Source of the DNA: Deinococcales bacterium
Lineage (GTDB): Bacteria; Deinococcota; Deinococci; Deinococcales; JAAFIG01
NCBI GenBank assembly: GCA_031414595.1
Contig: JANNVX010000015.1
Coordinates: forward strand, 1 to 64,000
Reading direction: 5' to 3'
Length of the DNA: 64,000 bases
Below, piece after piece: positions 27,757 through 38,000 of this stretch (position 1 is the first letter of the stretch; every line of letters begins with the position of its first letter). The position numbers were made by a program, and so were the translations under genes. The notes under the pieces were generated by a model, which was given only the letters and a program-made list of their open reading frames with translations, did no database searches and had not been told where the DNA came from.

Positions 27757-27900
27757 AAACTCGAGCAAGTCGGGTATTTGGAAGTGCTAAAAGCCTTTCG
27801 TGGCAAAGCTCCAGTCACCAGTTTTAAGATTACCCAAGCTGGGCGCGATGCTCTGGCTGGCTATTGGACTGCATTACGTGGAGCAATTCCTAGTGGTTAA
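27757..27900 (+). pseudogene. 3' remnant of a small winged-helix transcriptional regulator
   Basis: KLEQVGYLEVLKAFRGKAPVTSFKITQAGRDALAGY matches the C-half of HTH_34-type regulators. The upstream part of the frame overlaps the opposite gene and is not homologous. Confidence 0.6.
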
Positions 27901-28457
27901 TTTTCCGGTAAATTACTGTACAAAACAGCCAAGTCTATTTCTAAGGGCAATGGGCGTAAGACCAACAAACCTTGCTCGAGAACTTCATAACTCCACAATC
28001 CAGTCTCTAATCTCGAGTAAATCTCGGCTCGAGGTTCGTTTTGCGAAAGTAAAATATAGGTTTGCAAACTTGGTATCTGACAGTAACGACGCAGTTTTTC
28101 TCCTCGGTCTATGGCTTCGGTGCTGGGTGATAAAATTTCGATGATTAAGCATGGTTTTCGTTTGACCCGAGCTTGGTTGTCCGATGGGTCGCAAATCAGC
28201 ATTACATCTGGAAAATAGCCCGTTTCATCAGGTGTTTTTAAGGAGACATCGCTAAATAAAAGTCGGCAATTGTGTTCTGTGGCAACACTAAAGGCACTGA
28301 CAATAATTCTTCCAGCCAATAAGTTATGTCGTTCTGTTCCGCCTAATATCTGAAATAGATTACCATCTACAAATTCATAGCGTTCTTGAGTTGTATCTAA
28401 AAATTCTAAATACGCTTCAAAACTTGGTGCTGTTTGGATTGGTACTGGGCGCGACAT
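27897..28457 (-). CDS. Uma2-family (DUF820) endonuclease-like protein
   Basis: RYEFVDG, FPDVML, IEILSPST, DRGEK and Y-QIPSL motifs. Confidence 0.9.
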   Translation of the reverse strand: MSRPVPIQTAPSFEAYLEFLDTTQERYEFVDGNLFQILGGTERHNLLAGRIIVSAFSVATEHNCRLLFSDVSLKTPDETGYFPDVMLICDPSDNQARVKRKPCLIIEILSPSTEAIDRGEKLRRYCQIPSLQTYILLSQNEPRAEIYSRLETGLWSYEVLEQGLLVLRPLPLEIDLAVLYSNLPEN

Positions 28458-28490
28458 TGTGTCATTATAGCGAATTTTTGACTTGAGTCT

Positions 28491-29891
28491 GTGTCAAGAT
28501 ATTCTATGATTTATTCCGATTCACTCGGCAATTCCACCAGTGCTTCCTCGAGCCAAGCCGTGCTGCATCTCGAGGAAGCACTGGATTGTTTTTTGCATTT
28601 TCGTGGTTCTATGCCTTTGGCGTTAAATGCCGCCCTCGAGTCAGACCCACAAAATGCTTTGGCATGGGCGTTCAGGGCATACCTTGGGGTGCTTGGTACT
28701 GAACCGCTTGACGCGCAAGCGGCTCGAGAAGCCTTTAACACTTTTGCCATGCCCAAAAATGTAACCCCTCGAGAACGTGGGCATTTGGCATCGGCGCAAG
28801 CCCTCCTCGCAGGGGACTTTTGGCAAGCTGGGCGCTTACTCGAGGAGGTCAGTATTGCCCACCCAAGGGATTTACTGGCTTTGGCAGTCGGGCATCAAAT
28901 AGACTTTTTTACAGGCAACAGCCGAATGCTGCGTGACCGTCCGGCGCAAGTGTTTGGGGCATGGTCGGAATCTGACAAGAATTATGCCAATGTACTGGGG
29001 ATGTTAGCCTTTGGTTTTGAGGAAATGAATCAGCACGACAGGGCTTTTGAACTGGGTTTTGAAGCCGTGGAACGCAATCCCCAAGATGTCTGGGCGCTTC
29101 ATGCGGTCGGGCATACCTTTGAAGAAACTGGGCGATTCCAAGACGGCATGAAGTATTATGATGTAAGGGCAAATGACTGGACAACAGGCAATTACTTTAT
29201 TATTCATAACTGGTGGCACTATGCGCTTTTTGCACTTGAGGCTGGGGATACAACTCGGGTTCTCGAGATTTTTGATGCGGTGCTGTTCAATGCCGATAAT
29301 GGTGGGCTTGCGCTGCAATTGCTTGATGCCAGTGCTTTGTTGTGGCGCTTACGGCTCGAGGGACACCGCGAAGAGACACGCTTCTCGAGACTCGCGGTGA
29401 AGTGGCTACACCGCATTGAACCTGCTTACTACGCTTTTAATGACATGCATGCAGTCATGGCTTTGGTTGGGGCGGGTTGGTTTGAAGCTGCTTCAAACTT
29501 GATAAAAAGCCGTGAAACTTGGCTCGAGACCAAACCCAGTGCAAATAATGCTGTCATGACCAGAGAAATTGGTTTACCAGTCTGCAAGGCGATTCTGGCG
29601 TTTGAACAAGGGCAGTTTGAAACGGTTGTGGCGCTGTTGTATCCGATTAGGCGCCGAATTCATGAATTCGGCGGTTCACATGCCCAACGCGATGTGGTGC
29701 TAAAAACCCTGATTGAAGCGGCGTTGCGTGGTAAAAAATTTGACCTTGCCCAAGCGATGTTATCGGAACGAATTGCTGTCCGCCCCAAAAGCCCATATAA
29801 CTGGCTAAAGTATTCAAAAGCACTCGAGGGGATTGGACAAGACACCAAGGCAGTGTTAGCAAAGGACAAAGCCAAGGAGTTACTGCCCTAA
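28491..29891 (+). CDS. TTC38-like tetratricopeptide repeat protein
   Basis: GMLAFGFEE, DVWALHAVGH, HNWWH, DASALLWRL and GGSHAQRD motifs. Start may be ATG 28506. Confidence 0.85.
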   Translation: MSRYSMIYSDSLGNSTSASSSQAVLHLEEALDCFLHFRGSMPLALNAALESDPQNALAWAFRAYLGVLGTEPLDAQAAREAFNTFAMPKNVTPRERGHLASAQALLAGDFWQAGRLLEEVSIAHPRDLLALAVGHQIDFFTGNSRMLRDRPAQVFGAWSESDKNYANVLGMLAFGFEEMNQHDRAFELGFEAVERNPQDVWALHAVGHTFEETGRFQDGMKYYDVRANDWTTGNYFIIHNWWHYALFALEAGDTTRVLEIFDAVLFNADNGGLALQLLDASALLWRLRLEGHREETRFSRLAVKWLHRIEPAYYAFNDMHAVMALVGAGWFEAASNLIKSRETWLETKPSANNAVMTREIGLPVCKAILAFEQGQFETVVALLYPIRRRIHEFGGSHAQRDVVLKTLIEAALRGKKFDLAQAMLSERIAVRPKSPYNWLKYSKALEGIGQDTKAVLAKDKAKELLP

Positions 29892-30988
29892 GCCCGTTGG
29901 CTTCGTCGTTGCAGCAAGACCGAAATGATCAAAAGTGGTATTCCTAAAATGGTGATGACCGTAGGAATACTGTTTGGATTACTGCCTAAATTCGAGGCGA
30001 TGGGCGGAATCAGCACCGCACCAAAATTCGCGGCTGCCACAACCAGACTGGCTGCCGCCACACTCGAGGGGATGGCTTGGGTTAGCCAGACAAAACCAGT
30101 CGGGAAAATCGGTCCAAAACCAAGTCCAGCGATTAAGTAGGCATACGGCGCTAAACTTGGGACATGGGTTAATGCCAAACCAAAAAGCGCTAAGGCAGAA
30201 CTGCCAATCACAATCGTGGCGGGCTTAAAACGCAGTGCAACAGGCACAATTAAAATTCTCGAGGCGGTGATTCCACCCCAGTACAAGGCGTTCCATTGGG
30301 CGGCGGCTTCTTCGCTAAAGCCTAAACCTTCTTTGAGTTGCCGAGGCTCGAGGGTCGCGGCACTGACTTCTACGCCAACGTAGACAAAGAACAGCAGCAC
30401 AAATAAGCCAAACAGTCCAGAATACACAAATTGGGTTTTAGGCTGATCGAGCTTGCTGGCACGAAGCCCAAAAAGCAGTGGGGCTAAGGTTAAGGTGGCG
30501 GCGGCGACAATTAAAAATGGAGTTCTCGAGTCGTTTGGAAAAGCACTGACCAGAATTGGACCAACAATTGCCCCAACTCCAAATAAGGCATTCAAGACAT
30601 TGGTCATGGCGGTGCTGTTGTTGCCAAATCCTGTCGAAAAAATCGTGTTAAACGATAAATCCATCGTGCCAAAACCAAGCCCGATAATCACTGCACCAAG
30701 TAATGCCAATCCCCAAATTGGAGCGAATGCCACGCTTAAACAGCCAAGAATCAGTAAACTCGAGCCGAGCAGCAGCACTTTGCGCCAACCCAAGTTTTTC
30801 TCGAGTGGGGCAAGCAGTAAAATTCCGGTCATTGAACCTAAAAAATGTGCCGAGACGATAAAACTGACGGTGTTGGCATCTAGGGCAAATCGTTCGCGGA
30901 AAGCAAATTGAGCCGGTCCATAAAAGGCTTGGACAGCGCCAATTAAAAGAAACGCAAGAAACCCCGCCGCCGTAGCCGTTTTAGTCAT
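29888..30988 (-). CDS. MFS transporter
   Basis: About 12 hydrophobic segments; FGVGAIVGP, YVGVE and GPIFP motifs. Confidence 0.85.
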   Translation of the reverse strand: MTKTATAAGFLAFLLIGAVQAFYGPAQFAFRERFALDANTVSFIVSAHFLGSMTGILLLAPLEKNLGWRKVLLLGSSLLILGCLSVAFAPIWGLALLGAVIIGLGFGTMDLSFNTIFSTGFGNNSTAMTNVLNALFGVGAIVGPILVSAFPNDSRTPFLIVAAATLTLAPLLFGLRASKLDQPKTQFVYSGLFGLFVLLFFVYVGVEVSAATLEPRQLKEGLGFSEEAAAQWNALYWGGITASRILIVPVALRFKPATIVIGSSALALFGLALTHVPSLAPYAYLIAGLGFGPIFPTGFVWLTQAIPSSVAAASLVVAAANFGAVLIPPIASNLGSNPNSIPTVITILGIPLLIISVLLQRRSQRA

Positions 30989-30993
30989 CAGGG

Positions 30994-31944
30994 CTATTTA
31001 ATCACAGCCCAAGCCGTATTGTGCAAGATGTCGCGCTTAAAGTCGCTGTAACTATGAATGTTCAGGCGTGGGTAACTCATTTTTCGACTCAAAAAGGCTG
31101 AGCTATTCGGTAACGGGGCAAGTAACGCCCCAGACTGCAAAGTTTGTCCCATACCTTCAAAGTAACCCAGCCAAGCCCGAAAAGCGGCACTGGTACGGCA
31201 TTTTGTTTTGTAGTTTGGAATTGGTTTTGGTGGCATTAACCCGTAAGGATAAGCCAGAATCATACTCGAGGTTGCAAAGTATTTACAAACCCCATCTATT
31301 TCTTGAATCACAGCATTATTGCCCAGCTTTGACATCATTGGATGGCTGACCGTGTGGTTACCAATGGTAAATCCGTGCTGACCTAACCAAGTGATTTTAG
31401 CTTTGCTTTGCGTGCCAAAAGGAGCGCCGCCATTACTGACATTCAAAAAAAATGTGGCTTTGGCAGTTGGAAAAACACTGAGCAGCACACCCAAACCAGA
31501 TGTTGGGTCTACCGAGCCATTCTTTAAGAACCGAAATTGACTGGCATGACCATCATCAAAAGAAATCGCAAAAGGCTTTTTACCAGTGCAGCGCTTCATA
31601 AAGGTTGCTTTGGTGTACTCGAGTAAATCAATTAAGCAATAACTTTTAGTTGAGAGTGCCAATAAAATCTTCTTAAACTCGGTAGGTTTAAGGCTATAGA
31701 TACTACTACTGTTGCTCGAGAAACGGTGCAGCATTAAAATGGGAATCCCCTTTTGTTTGCCGTACACATTCTTAGGTGCTGTCATTGAACGCAATCTAGG
31801 CTTTTTTTGTTTCTTTTGACTGATTACAAATTCCGATTTTGTATTTAAGCGCTCAGTCAGGCGAGATACTTTTCTGGAAAAAGTTGCAGAACCACCAATC
31901 AGTAGAAAAACACTTAAAAACGCCATCAGTTTAATCGGCAGCAT
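30994..31944 (-). CDS. Secreted or anchored polysaccharide deacetylase (CE4)
   Basis: SFDDG, GNHTVSHP and AYPYG motifs; N-terminal hydrophobic segment. Confidence 0.82.
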   Translation of the reverse strand: MLPIKLMAFLSVFLLIGGSATFSRKVSRLTERLNTKSEFVISQKKQKKPRLRSMTAPKNVYGKQKGIPILMLHRFSSNSSSIYSLKPTEFKKILLALSTKSYCLIDLLEYTKATFMKRCTGKKPFAISFDDGHASQFRFLKNGSVDPTSGLGVLLSVFPTAKATFFLNVSNGGAPFGTQSKAKITWLGQHGFTIGNHTVSHPMMSKLGNNAVIQEIDGVCKYFATSSMILAYPYGLMPPKPIPNYKTKCRTSAAFRAWLGYFEGMGQTLQSGALLAPLPNSSAFLSRKMSYPRLNIHSYSDFKRDILHNTAWAVIK

Positions 31945-34900
31945 TGGCTTGTCCCTCGTTTTTAATGCTGTAGACCCTCGAGATACCGCCAGTATCGGTG
32001 GTTACGCCCCACAAGGCATCAGCAATTTCCATGGTGGCTTTTTGATGGGTGACCAAAATAAATTGTGTGCCTTGGTCTGCCAGTACCCGCAAAAAATGGG
32101 TAAAACGGCGGATATTGGCTTCATCCAGTGGTGCATCCACTTCGTCAAGGGCGGCAAAAGGCAGTCCAGCATGTCCTTCTGGCGCTCGAGAAAGCGCAAA
32201 TAAAAATCCTAATGCCGCCATTGTGCGCTCGCCAGTGCTGAGCAAATGCAGCGCCCTTGTACGTTTGCCTTTGGGTGTGACCCGCAATGCCAGTCCTTCG
32301 AGTGCGCCGGTTTCATCACGAATCGTCTCGAGTTCGCCTTCGCCACCCAGCAGTTGGGTGCTGTATTCCCGAAAAGCTATTGCCACCCGAGCAATACTTT
32401 CTTTTAATCGCGCTGTCACATCACGTTCGAGTTCGTCCAGCGCCACCTCGAGTTCTTGGACGGCGGCTAAAGAATCTGCCACACCAGTCTCGAGTTCAAA
32501 CAGCCTTGTTTGTTCACGGATAAATTCTTCGGCAGCCAGCATATTGACCGCGCCGATTTCATCAAGTCGGTTGCGGATTTGATTAACTCGAGTTGTCCAA
32601 CTTCGCGGTGTACCTTCGGGGTCTGGGATTTGTAGTAATGCCTCTAAAACCCCAGCCTTTGTAGGGGAGATGTCACGAAGTGACAGAGGGGTCGCCCTTT
32701 CTGACGATTCAATGGCTTGGTCAGAGGGTATAGTTTTCGAGGCAAATTCTGGGCTATTCTCGAGCAGTTCAGTCTCAACCGTCTCCAAATTTGTTTCGCG
32801 CCGAGCAATGGCTAACTTTGCGGTTTCAATGTTTTCGCGTTCGCTCGAGACTTGCCGTGTGGTTTTGCTCAGTTCGCTTTCTAAGTGCAAGCGTTGTTTT
32901 TCTAACAACTCAAGTTCTTCTTTGGCTTGGCTTACACCAAGGTTGTCGGCTTGCTGCTCGAGTGCCACAATCTCAGGATTGGCTTGTTCTAATCGCGCTC
33001 CTAGTTCAAGTTCTTGTAAATAAATGCCTTCAAGCCGTTCACGGATTCGCTCGACTCGAGTCTGATTTTCTTGACTGCGCAACAGGGCGGTTTGGTATGC
33101 CCGTTGCTTTTCGAGGTGAAGCGCAGCACGGTTCTGGGCTTCACGCCATGAATTTTCGGCTTGGCGTTCGATACCCCTTGCAGTTTCGATATTGGCAGTG
33201 GCGGTTTGTACAATTTGTTCTTGTGGACTAAGACTTGGTACTGCCATCTCAAAATCGGTTTGACCCACTGCGGCTGGCTCGAGTTTACTAAGGCGCTGCT
33301 CGAGTTGGGTTACGCGGTGTGCCAGACTTTCGCGCTTGGTTTCAGATTGCAATGCCAGTTGCCGTGCCGCATCGGTGTCGCGGCGCAACTGACTGACTCG
33401 AGTATCCATTTGGGTGGTGGCAAGTCTGGCTTGGCTGGCAATTTCTCGCATCTCATCAAGGGTTTTCTCGAGTTTGAGAAGTTCTTTTTCTAAGGTTTCG
33501 AGTTCGCTTTTGGTTTCATCTAAGCGGCGCAGTTCGGCAAAAGTTTCGCCCGTTGTGTCGCGTCCTCGTCCGCCTGTCACCGCCCCGCCCGCCTCGAGCA
33601 ATTCGCCTTCGCGGGTGACTAAGCGTGGACGGTCACGGTATGCCCGAGCCAGCCGCAGACCAACATCAAGATTCTCGACAATCAGGGTTTCGCCAAATAA
33701 GCTCTCGAGAACTACTTGGTACTCGGATTCGACCAGTTCGGCAGCATAACCAACCACACCCGCTTCGTTGATAATCGGTAAATTGCGGCGTGGGCGGGTT
33801 CGCAGAATATCAAGCGGTAAAAATGTAGCCCGACCGCCAGATTTTTTAAGTGATTCAATCACTTTTTTAGCCACTTCGCCAGTCTCCACGACAATATTTT
33901 CGATGCGCCGCCCAAGGGTAGCACCCACGGCTGTCTCGAGGTGTTGCGGCACACGCAGCAAGTCCGAAACCGGACCAATCATCCCTTTGACCCCACTGCC
34001 CAGCGCCCGACGCGAACCCTCAGAAAGATAAGAATGTGAGTTCTTCGCCGCTTCTAAACGGGCAAATTCTTTTTGCATCGGCGCACGGGCTGCCCTTAAT
34101 TCCATCTGTCTCGAGCTACCAGCGCTTAGCTTGGCGGTGATGCTCATGGATTCACGTTCAAACTTGTCTAAGCCCTTTTGGGCGGTCTCGAGTTCGGTTT
34201 TGGTCTGCTCGAGTGCCAGCGCGGTTCGGGCAGCCTCGAGTTGGACGGGTTCGAGTTCGGCTTTGGTGGATTCAAGTTCTTGCGCCAAAGTCTCGCGCTC
34301 AGCATTGGCTCGGGCGCTCATCTCAACTTGTACCCGCACTTCACGCTCGAGCTTATCGCGCTCTGAACGCATTTTAGAAAGTTCTATTTTGGCATCGAGT
34401 TCGGCTTGAGAAGCGCTACGCAGGGCAGCTTTGGCTGCCATAAATGCCGCCTCTAATGCCAGCAAATCATCGCTTGGAACTTCGGGTTCAAGCGGCACGG
34501 TTTGCACCGCCAGCATTTGCAATTCAGACTCGAGCCTTAAGCGCTCCGACTCAAGGCTTTTGGCGTTGGCATCGGCATTGGCTGCCCGTTCCCGAGCCAG
34601 TTTTGCCTCGCCACGCAGACGCTCAAACTCGGCGGTCAGTTCGGCAAATGCCACTTGTTTATTTTCGCGCTCTAAACGTAATTGCTCGAGGCTGGTGCTT
34701 AAACCAGTCAGGCTTTTCGAGGCATTTTCGGTTCTGACCTCAGTCCCCTGTAATTCAAGCCGCAATTTACCAATTTCATCGCGCAGTACCCGCACTCGAG
34801 AACGCCGAATCGAGGCTTCTAAAGTTGTGACTTCTAAACTTAAGAGCGCAGATTCTTTGGCTGCCACTGCTTCAAGCTCCAACTTAGCCACCCGCGATTT

Positions 34901-35479
34901 GACTTCATGGGTTAAATCCTCGGCTCGAGACAAATGAATCCGCGCTTGTTCTAAGCGCTCTAAACTCTGCGCTCGGCGGTGGGTGGCTCGTGATAACCCA
35001 GCCGCTTCCTCGAGATAACCCAGCATGGTGGTGGGGTTGGCACTAATCACCGCCCCGATTTCGCCTTGTCCAACCACTGCAATCCCGCCAGGTCCTAGCC
35101 CAGAACCACGCAGCGCATCATGTAAATCACGCACTCGGACATTTTTCCCAGCCAGTTCAAGGTCAGAATCTCCGTCACGGTACAAACGCCGTGCAATGCT
35201 CAACGCCCCGCTTGGCTGCTCGAGTTCAAGTTGCACCTCGGCTAAATTCAGGGCTTGTTTACCACTCGAGCCATGAAAAATCAGTTCGGTACTTTCCTTA
35301 ACCCGCAGTTCCCGTGTTCGCGCCGTGTGGCTTGCCCAACGAATCGCCTCAATCACATTACTTTTACCCGAGCCATTTGGTCCAATCACGGCATTGACTT
35401 TGGGTGAAAACTCGAGCCTGACCCGTTCACCAAAACTCTTAAAGCCCTGAATCGTAATCCCACGCACCCGAATGGTCAT
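31931..35479 (-). CDS. smc: Chromosome segregation protein SMC
   Basis: GFKSF, Walker A GPNGSGKS, hinge GRATFLPL, signature LSTGE, Walker B LDEVDAPLD, long coiled coils. Confidence 0.93.
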   Translation of the reverse strand: MTIRVRGITIQGFKSFGERVRLEFSPKVNAVIGPNGSGKSNVIEAIRWASHTARTRELRVKESTELIFHGSSGKQALNLAEVQLELEQPSGALSIARRLYRDGDSDLELAGKNVRVRDLHDALRGSGLGPGGIAVVGQGEIGAVISANPTTMLGYLEEAAGLSRATHRRAQSLERLEQARIHLSRAEDLTHEVKSRVAKLELEAVAAKESALLSLEVTTLEASIRRSRVRVLRDEIGKLRLELQGTEVRTENASKSLTGLSTSLEQLRLERENKQVAFAELTAEFERLRGEAKLARERAANADANAKSLESERLRLESELQMLAVQTVPLEPEVPSDDLLALEAAFMAAKAALRSASQAELDAKIELSKMRSERDKLEREVRVQVEMSARANAERETLAQELESTKAELEPVQLEAARTALALEQTKTELETAQKGLDKFERESMSITAKLSAGSSRQMELRAARAPMQKEFARLEAAKNSHSYLSEGSRRALGSGVKGMIGPVSDLLRVPQHLETAVGATLGRRIENIVVETGEVAKKVIESLKKSGGRATFLPLDILRTRPRRNLPIINEAGVVGYAAELVESEYQVVLESLFGETLIVENLDVGLRLARAYRDRPRLVTREGELLEAGGAVTGGRGRDTTGETFAELRRLDETKSELETLEKELLKLEKTLDEMREIASQARLATTQMDTRVSQLRRDTDAARQLALQSETKRESLAHRVTQLEQRLSKLEPAAVGQTDFEMAVPSLSPQEQIVQTATANIETARGIERQAENSWREAQNRAALHLEKQRAYQTALLRSQENQTRVERIRERLEGIYLQELELGARLEQANPEIVALEQQADNLGVSQAKEELELLEKQRLHLESELSKTTRQVSSERENIETAKLAIARRETNLETVETELLENSPEFASKTIPSDQAIESSERATPLSLRDISPTKAGVLEALLQIPDPEGTPRSWTTRVNQIRNRLDEIGAVNMLAAEEFIREQTRLFELETGVADSLAAVQELEVALDELERDVTARLKESIARVAIAFREYSTQLLGGEGELETIRDETGALEGLALRVTPKGKRTRALHLLSTGERTMAALGFLFALSRAPEGHAGLPFAALDEVDAPLDEANIRRFTHFLRVLADQGTQFILVTHQKATMEIADALWGVTTDTGGISRVYSIKNEGQANAAD

Positions 35480-36048
35480 GGACTACATTCCTTAGCAGTA
35501 AACGGTTTGCTGGTCGGAATATGTCCACCGATGGTGGCAATCGGCTGACCAGACAATAAAAATTTGACCTTCTGAACACCTTCTAAATTCAGCATCGTGT
35601 TGGTGATGCCGCAAACCAGCAGCAGTTCGCCTTGAGTGCCTAAAGTAATTTTTTGCCAAGCAGCCTGAAGGTCAATAAAAACCGTGTCTTTATGGGCAAA
35701 AACGGTTGGGACTGGCAACTGAGAAATCAGTGCGACTGCACCGTCTACCTTGGGTCCGGCAATAAAGTTTCGCATGGCAACACCAGCCCGAGTCTCGAGG
35801 TCATCGAGTTCTAAACCTGCGTCGCGCTCCTCGACCGCAAAGGATTTACCATCGGGGGTGACAAAATAAAGTTTGAGTTGCAAACGCGAACGCGAACGAT
35901 CCTCGGGTTGTAATAACCTTGGGTCAATGGCAAGCGGTGTCGGACGGGTTTGGAAGTAACGTACCGCCAAAACCCCAACCAAGAGCAAGGCAAAAATAAT
36001 GTTCCAAGGCGAGAACAACCAACGAAAAAAGAGTTTGACCCATCTCAT
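35476..36048 (-). CDS. GerMN-domain membrane protein
   Basis: N-terminal TM; LYF, FIAGP, ITNTM and VKFLLSG-TIGGH motifs. Confidence 0.8.
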   Translation of the reverse strand: MRWVKLFFRWLFSPWNIIFALLLVGVLAVRYFQTRPTPLAIDPRLLQPEDRSRSRLQLKLYFVTPDGKSFAVEERDAGLELDDLETRAGVAMRNFIAGPKVDGAVALISQLPVPTVFAHKDTVFIDLQAAWQKITLGTQGELLLVCGITNTMLNLEGVQKVKFLLSGQPIATIGGHIPTSKPFTAKECSP

Positions 36049-37505
36049 TTTGGCGGTGTTCCTGTTGGGTCTGGTTTTTTGACAGGCACGGGCTTACCAA
36101 GGTACTCGAGAACTGCGTAAGCCACAGCTTCGGCTCGAGCCACAGACTCATCGGGGTTTTGCAGTAAATCTCGGTCTGTTTGGCTGGACAAATACCCAAG
36201 TTCTAAGACCACCGCCGCTTTAGGGGCGCGTTCAAGGGCGGTATGACTGGTTAATCCTGACACTCGAGCTGCACCATTTGGGACACTGAGAATTCTGGCG
36301 CTAATCATGTCAGCTAAACGCTGCGAAGCGGCTCTGGGCGATAAGAACCGTGCCAGCAGTTTACGGTCACGTTCTGATTTTGGATTTTCTAAGGCATCAC
36401 GCCCAGCTTCTAAAATCCCTTCGGTGGGGGCATCTGGCGACAAGTAAAAAATCTCTGCGCCACTAGCAGTCGTATTTGGCATACTTGATAGGTGCAAACT
36501 AATCAGCACATCGGCTTTGACCGACAATGCCTGACGTTCTTCAAGGGAAACTGTTTTATCGGTGTCTCTGGTGTACTTAATTTTTACGCCACGCGGCGCA
36601 AGAATCGCTGCAATCCGCCGCGCCATACTCAGCGCAATTTCTTTTTCGCGCAGATTACCTGCAACAATTCCGGTGTCTGTTCCACCATGCCCGGGGTCTA
36701 AGACCACAATACTCGGGCGAGCATCAAGTGCCACATTTAAGCGGTCAAAACGCGGACCGACATCAATAATCACCCGGGCTGGAATACCCTGAGAAGCTGC
36801 CACGGCAAAGACCGAATAGCCAAAATCGGGTTTGAGGTTGACCCTGACCTCGAGTTTATTGGCATTTTGTTTGACCTCAAAAATATCCACGAATTTACCA
36901 CCGACTTGGTATGGCGCAGCATCACCAGACACAAACCGCAAGGTCACAATCAAGACATTTTTTTCAATCCGACTCGAGAAACCCACATCTCTATCCACTT
37001 CTAGCACAATCCGATCCGACTTTTCGGTCTTATCACTCGAGACTGTTCCTAAATTGGCTTGTGGCAAGCTGACTAAGTAACGCCCACCAGAATCATCAAA
37101 ACTGCCACCAACCGCCTCGGCAACACTGCGGACTGGAATCAGAATTTTACCATTTGCGCCCATTCCAGCCGCCGAAGATTTGCTGCGAATTCCATTAACC
37201 TCGAGTCCATTTGTCCATTGGGTAGCGGCATCATAAGCGTTATCGGCAAGTGCTAAGCGCAAAACTTTACCGCCTTGCTTTAGTAGAACGGCTTGGTTGG
37301 TCATTAAAGTCTCGAGACCTAAAGCCGCCGCGAATTCCAAACCCGCAAAAGCCACACCGTTGTACAAAAAGGCTTTTTGGTTGCTGCCCATGACCGTTAA
37401 ACCCCGAGACTGCACCGCCTGACCAAGCCCAAGCCAAGCCACCCCAAACAGCAAGACAAGTACAAGCAGCCCTCGAGCCTTGAAATGGATGCCAGCACCA
37501 TTCAT
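36045..37505 (-). CDS. N-acetylmuramoyl-L-alanine amidase (Amidase_3)
   Basis: VLDPGHGG, EK, SLH and LELGY motifs; signal peptide. Confidence 0.88.
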   Translation of the reverse strand: MNGAGIHFKARGLLVLVLLFGVAWLGLGQAVQSRGLTVMGSNQKAFLYNGVAFAGLEFAAALGLETLMTNQAVLLKQGGKVLRLALADNAYDAATQWTNGLEVNGIRSKSSAAGMGANGKILIPVRSVAEAVGGSFDDSGGRYLVSLPQANLGTVSSDKTEKSDRIVLEVDRDVGFSSRIEKNVLIVTLRFVSGDAAPYQVGGKFVDIFEVKQNANKLEVRVNLKPDFGYSVFAVAASQGIPARVIIDVGPRFDRLNVALDARPSIVVLDPGHGGTDTGIVAGNLREKEIALSMARRIAAILAPRGVKIKYTRDTDKTVSLEERQALSVKADVLISLHLSSMPNTTASGAEIFYLSPDAPTEGILEAGRDALENPKSERDRKLLARFLSPRAASQRLADMISARILSVPNGAARVSGLTSHTALERAPKAAVVLELGYLSSQTDRDLLQNPDESVARAEAVAYAVLEYLGKPVPVKKPDPTGTPPK

Positions 37506-37927
37506 CGGTACATCTCCATTTCACGCTTGGCTGATTTGGTTTTCTCGGCTTCACGCTTATCGTGTAGTTTTTTACCCCTTGCTAGTGCAATTTCGAGTTT
37601 AATTCGCCCCCGCACAAAATACAGACGGACTGGCACAATTGTTAAGCCCTTACGAGTCACAGAGGAAAATAAATCGGTTAATTCCTTGCGGTGCAGCAAC
37701 AATTTTCGTTTGCGTCGCGCCTCGTGATTATTGTAGGAAGCCTTGCCATACGGCGGAATATACAAATTTTCTAGGTACAACTGATTGCCCTCAAAGCGGG
37801 CATAAGAATCTCTGAAATCCACCCCACCACCACGCATGGACTTAATTTCTGTGCCTCGCAATTCGACACCCGCCTCAAAGCGATCCAGCAATTCAAATTC
37901 AAAACGAGCGCGGCGGTTCTCGAACAT
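37502..37927 (-). CDS. smpB: SsrA-binding protein
   Basis: ENRRARF, EAGVEL-GTEIKS and GKKLHDKRE motifs. Start moved to ATG 37927, 6 nt after TACAAT. Confidence 0.96.
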   Translation of the reverse strand: MFENRRARFEFELLDRFEAGVELRGTEIKSMRGGGVDFRDSYARFEGNQLYLENLYIPPYGKASYNNHEARRKRKLLLHRKELTDLFSSVTRKGLTIVPVRLYFVRGRIKLEIALARGKKLHDKREAEKTKSAKREMEMYR

Positions 37928-38000
37928 TAGTGTATTGTAACCAAGCCATATGAGGACTGTGAAGAAACCTATCATCACCTATTTCTTATAGACTAAGCCC

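Noticed and set aside
37502-38000. tmRNA (ssrA) or tRNA near smpB
   Set aside because: The flanks are fully occupied by coding sequence, and I saw no tRNA-like ends or T-loop motif.
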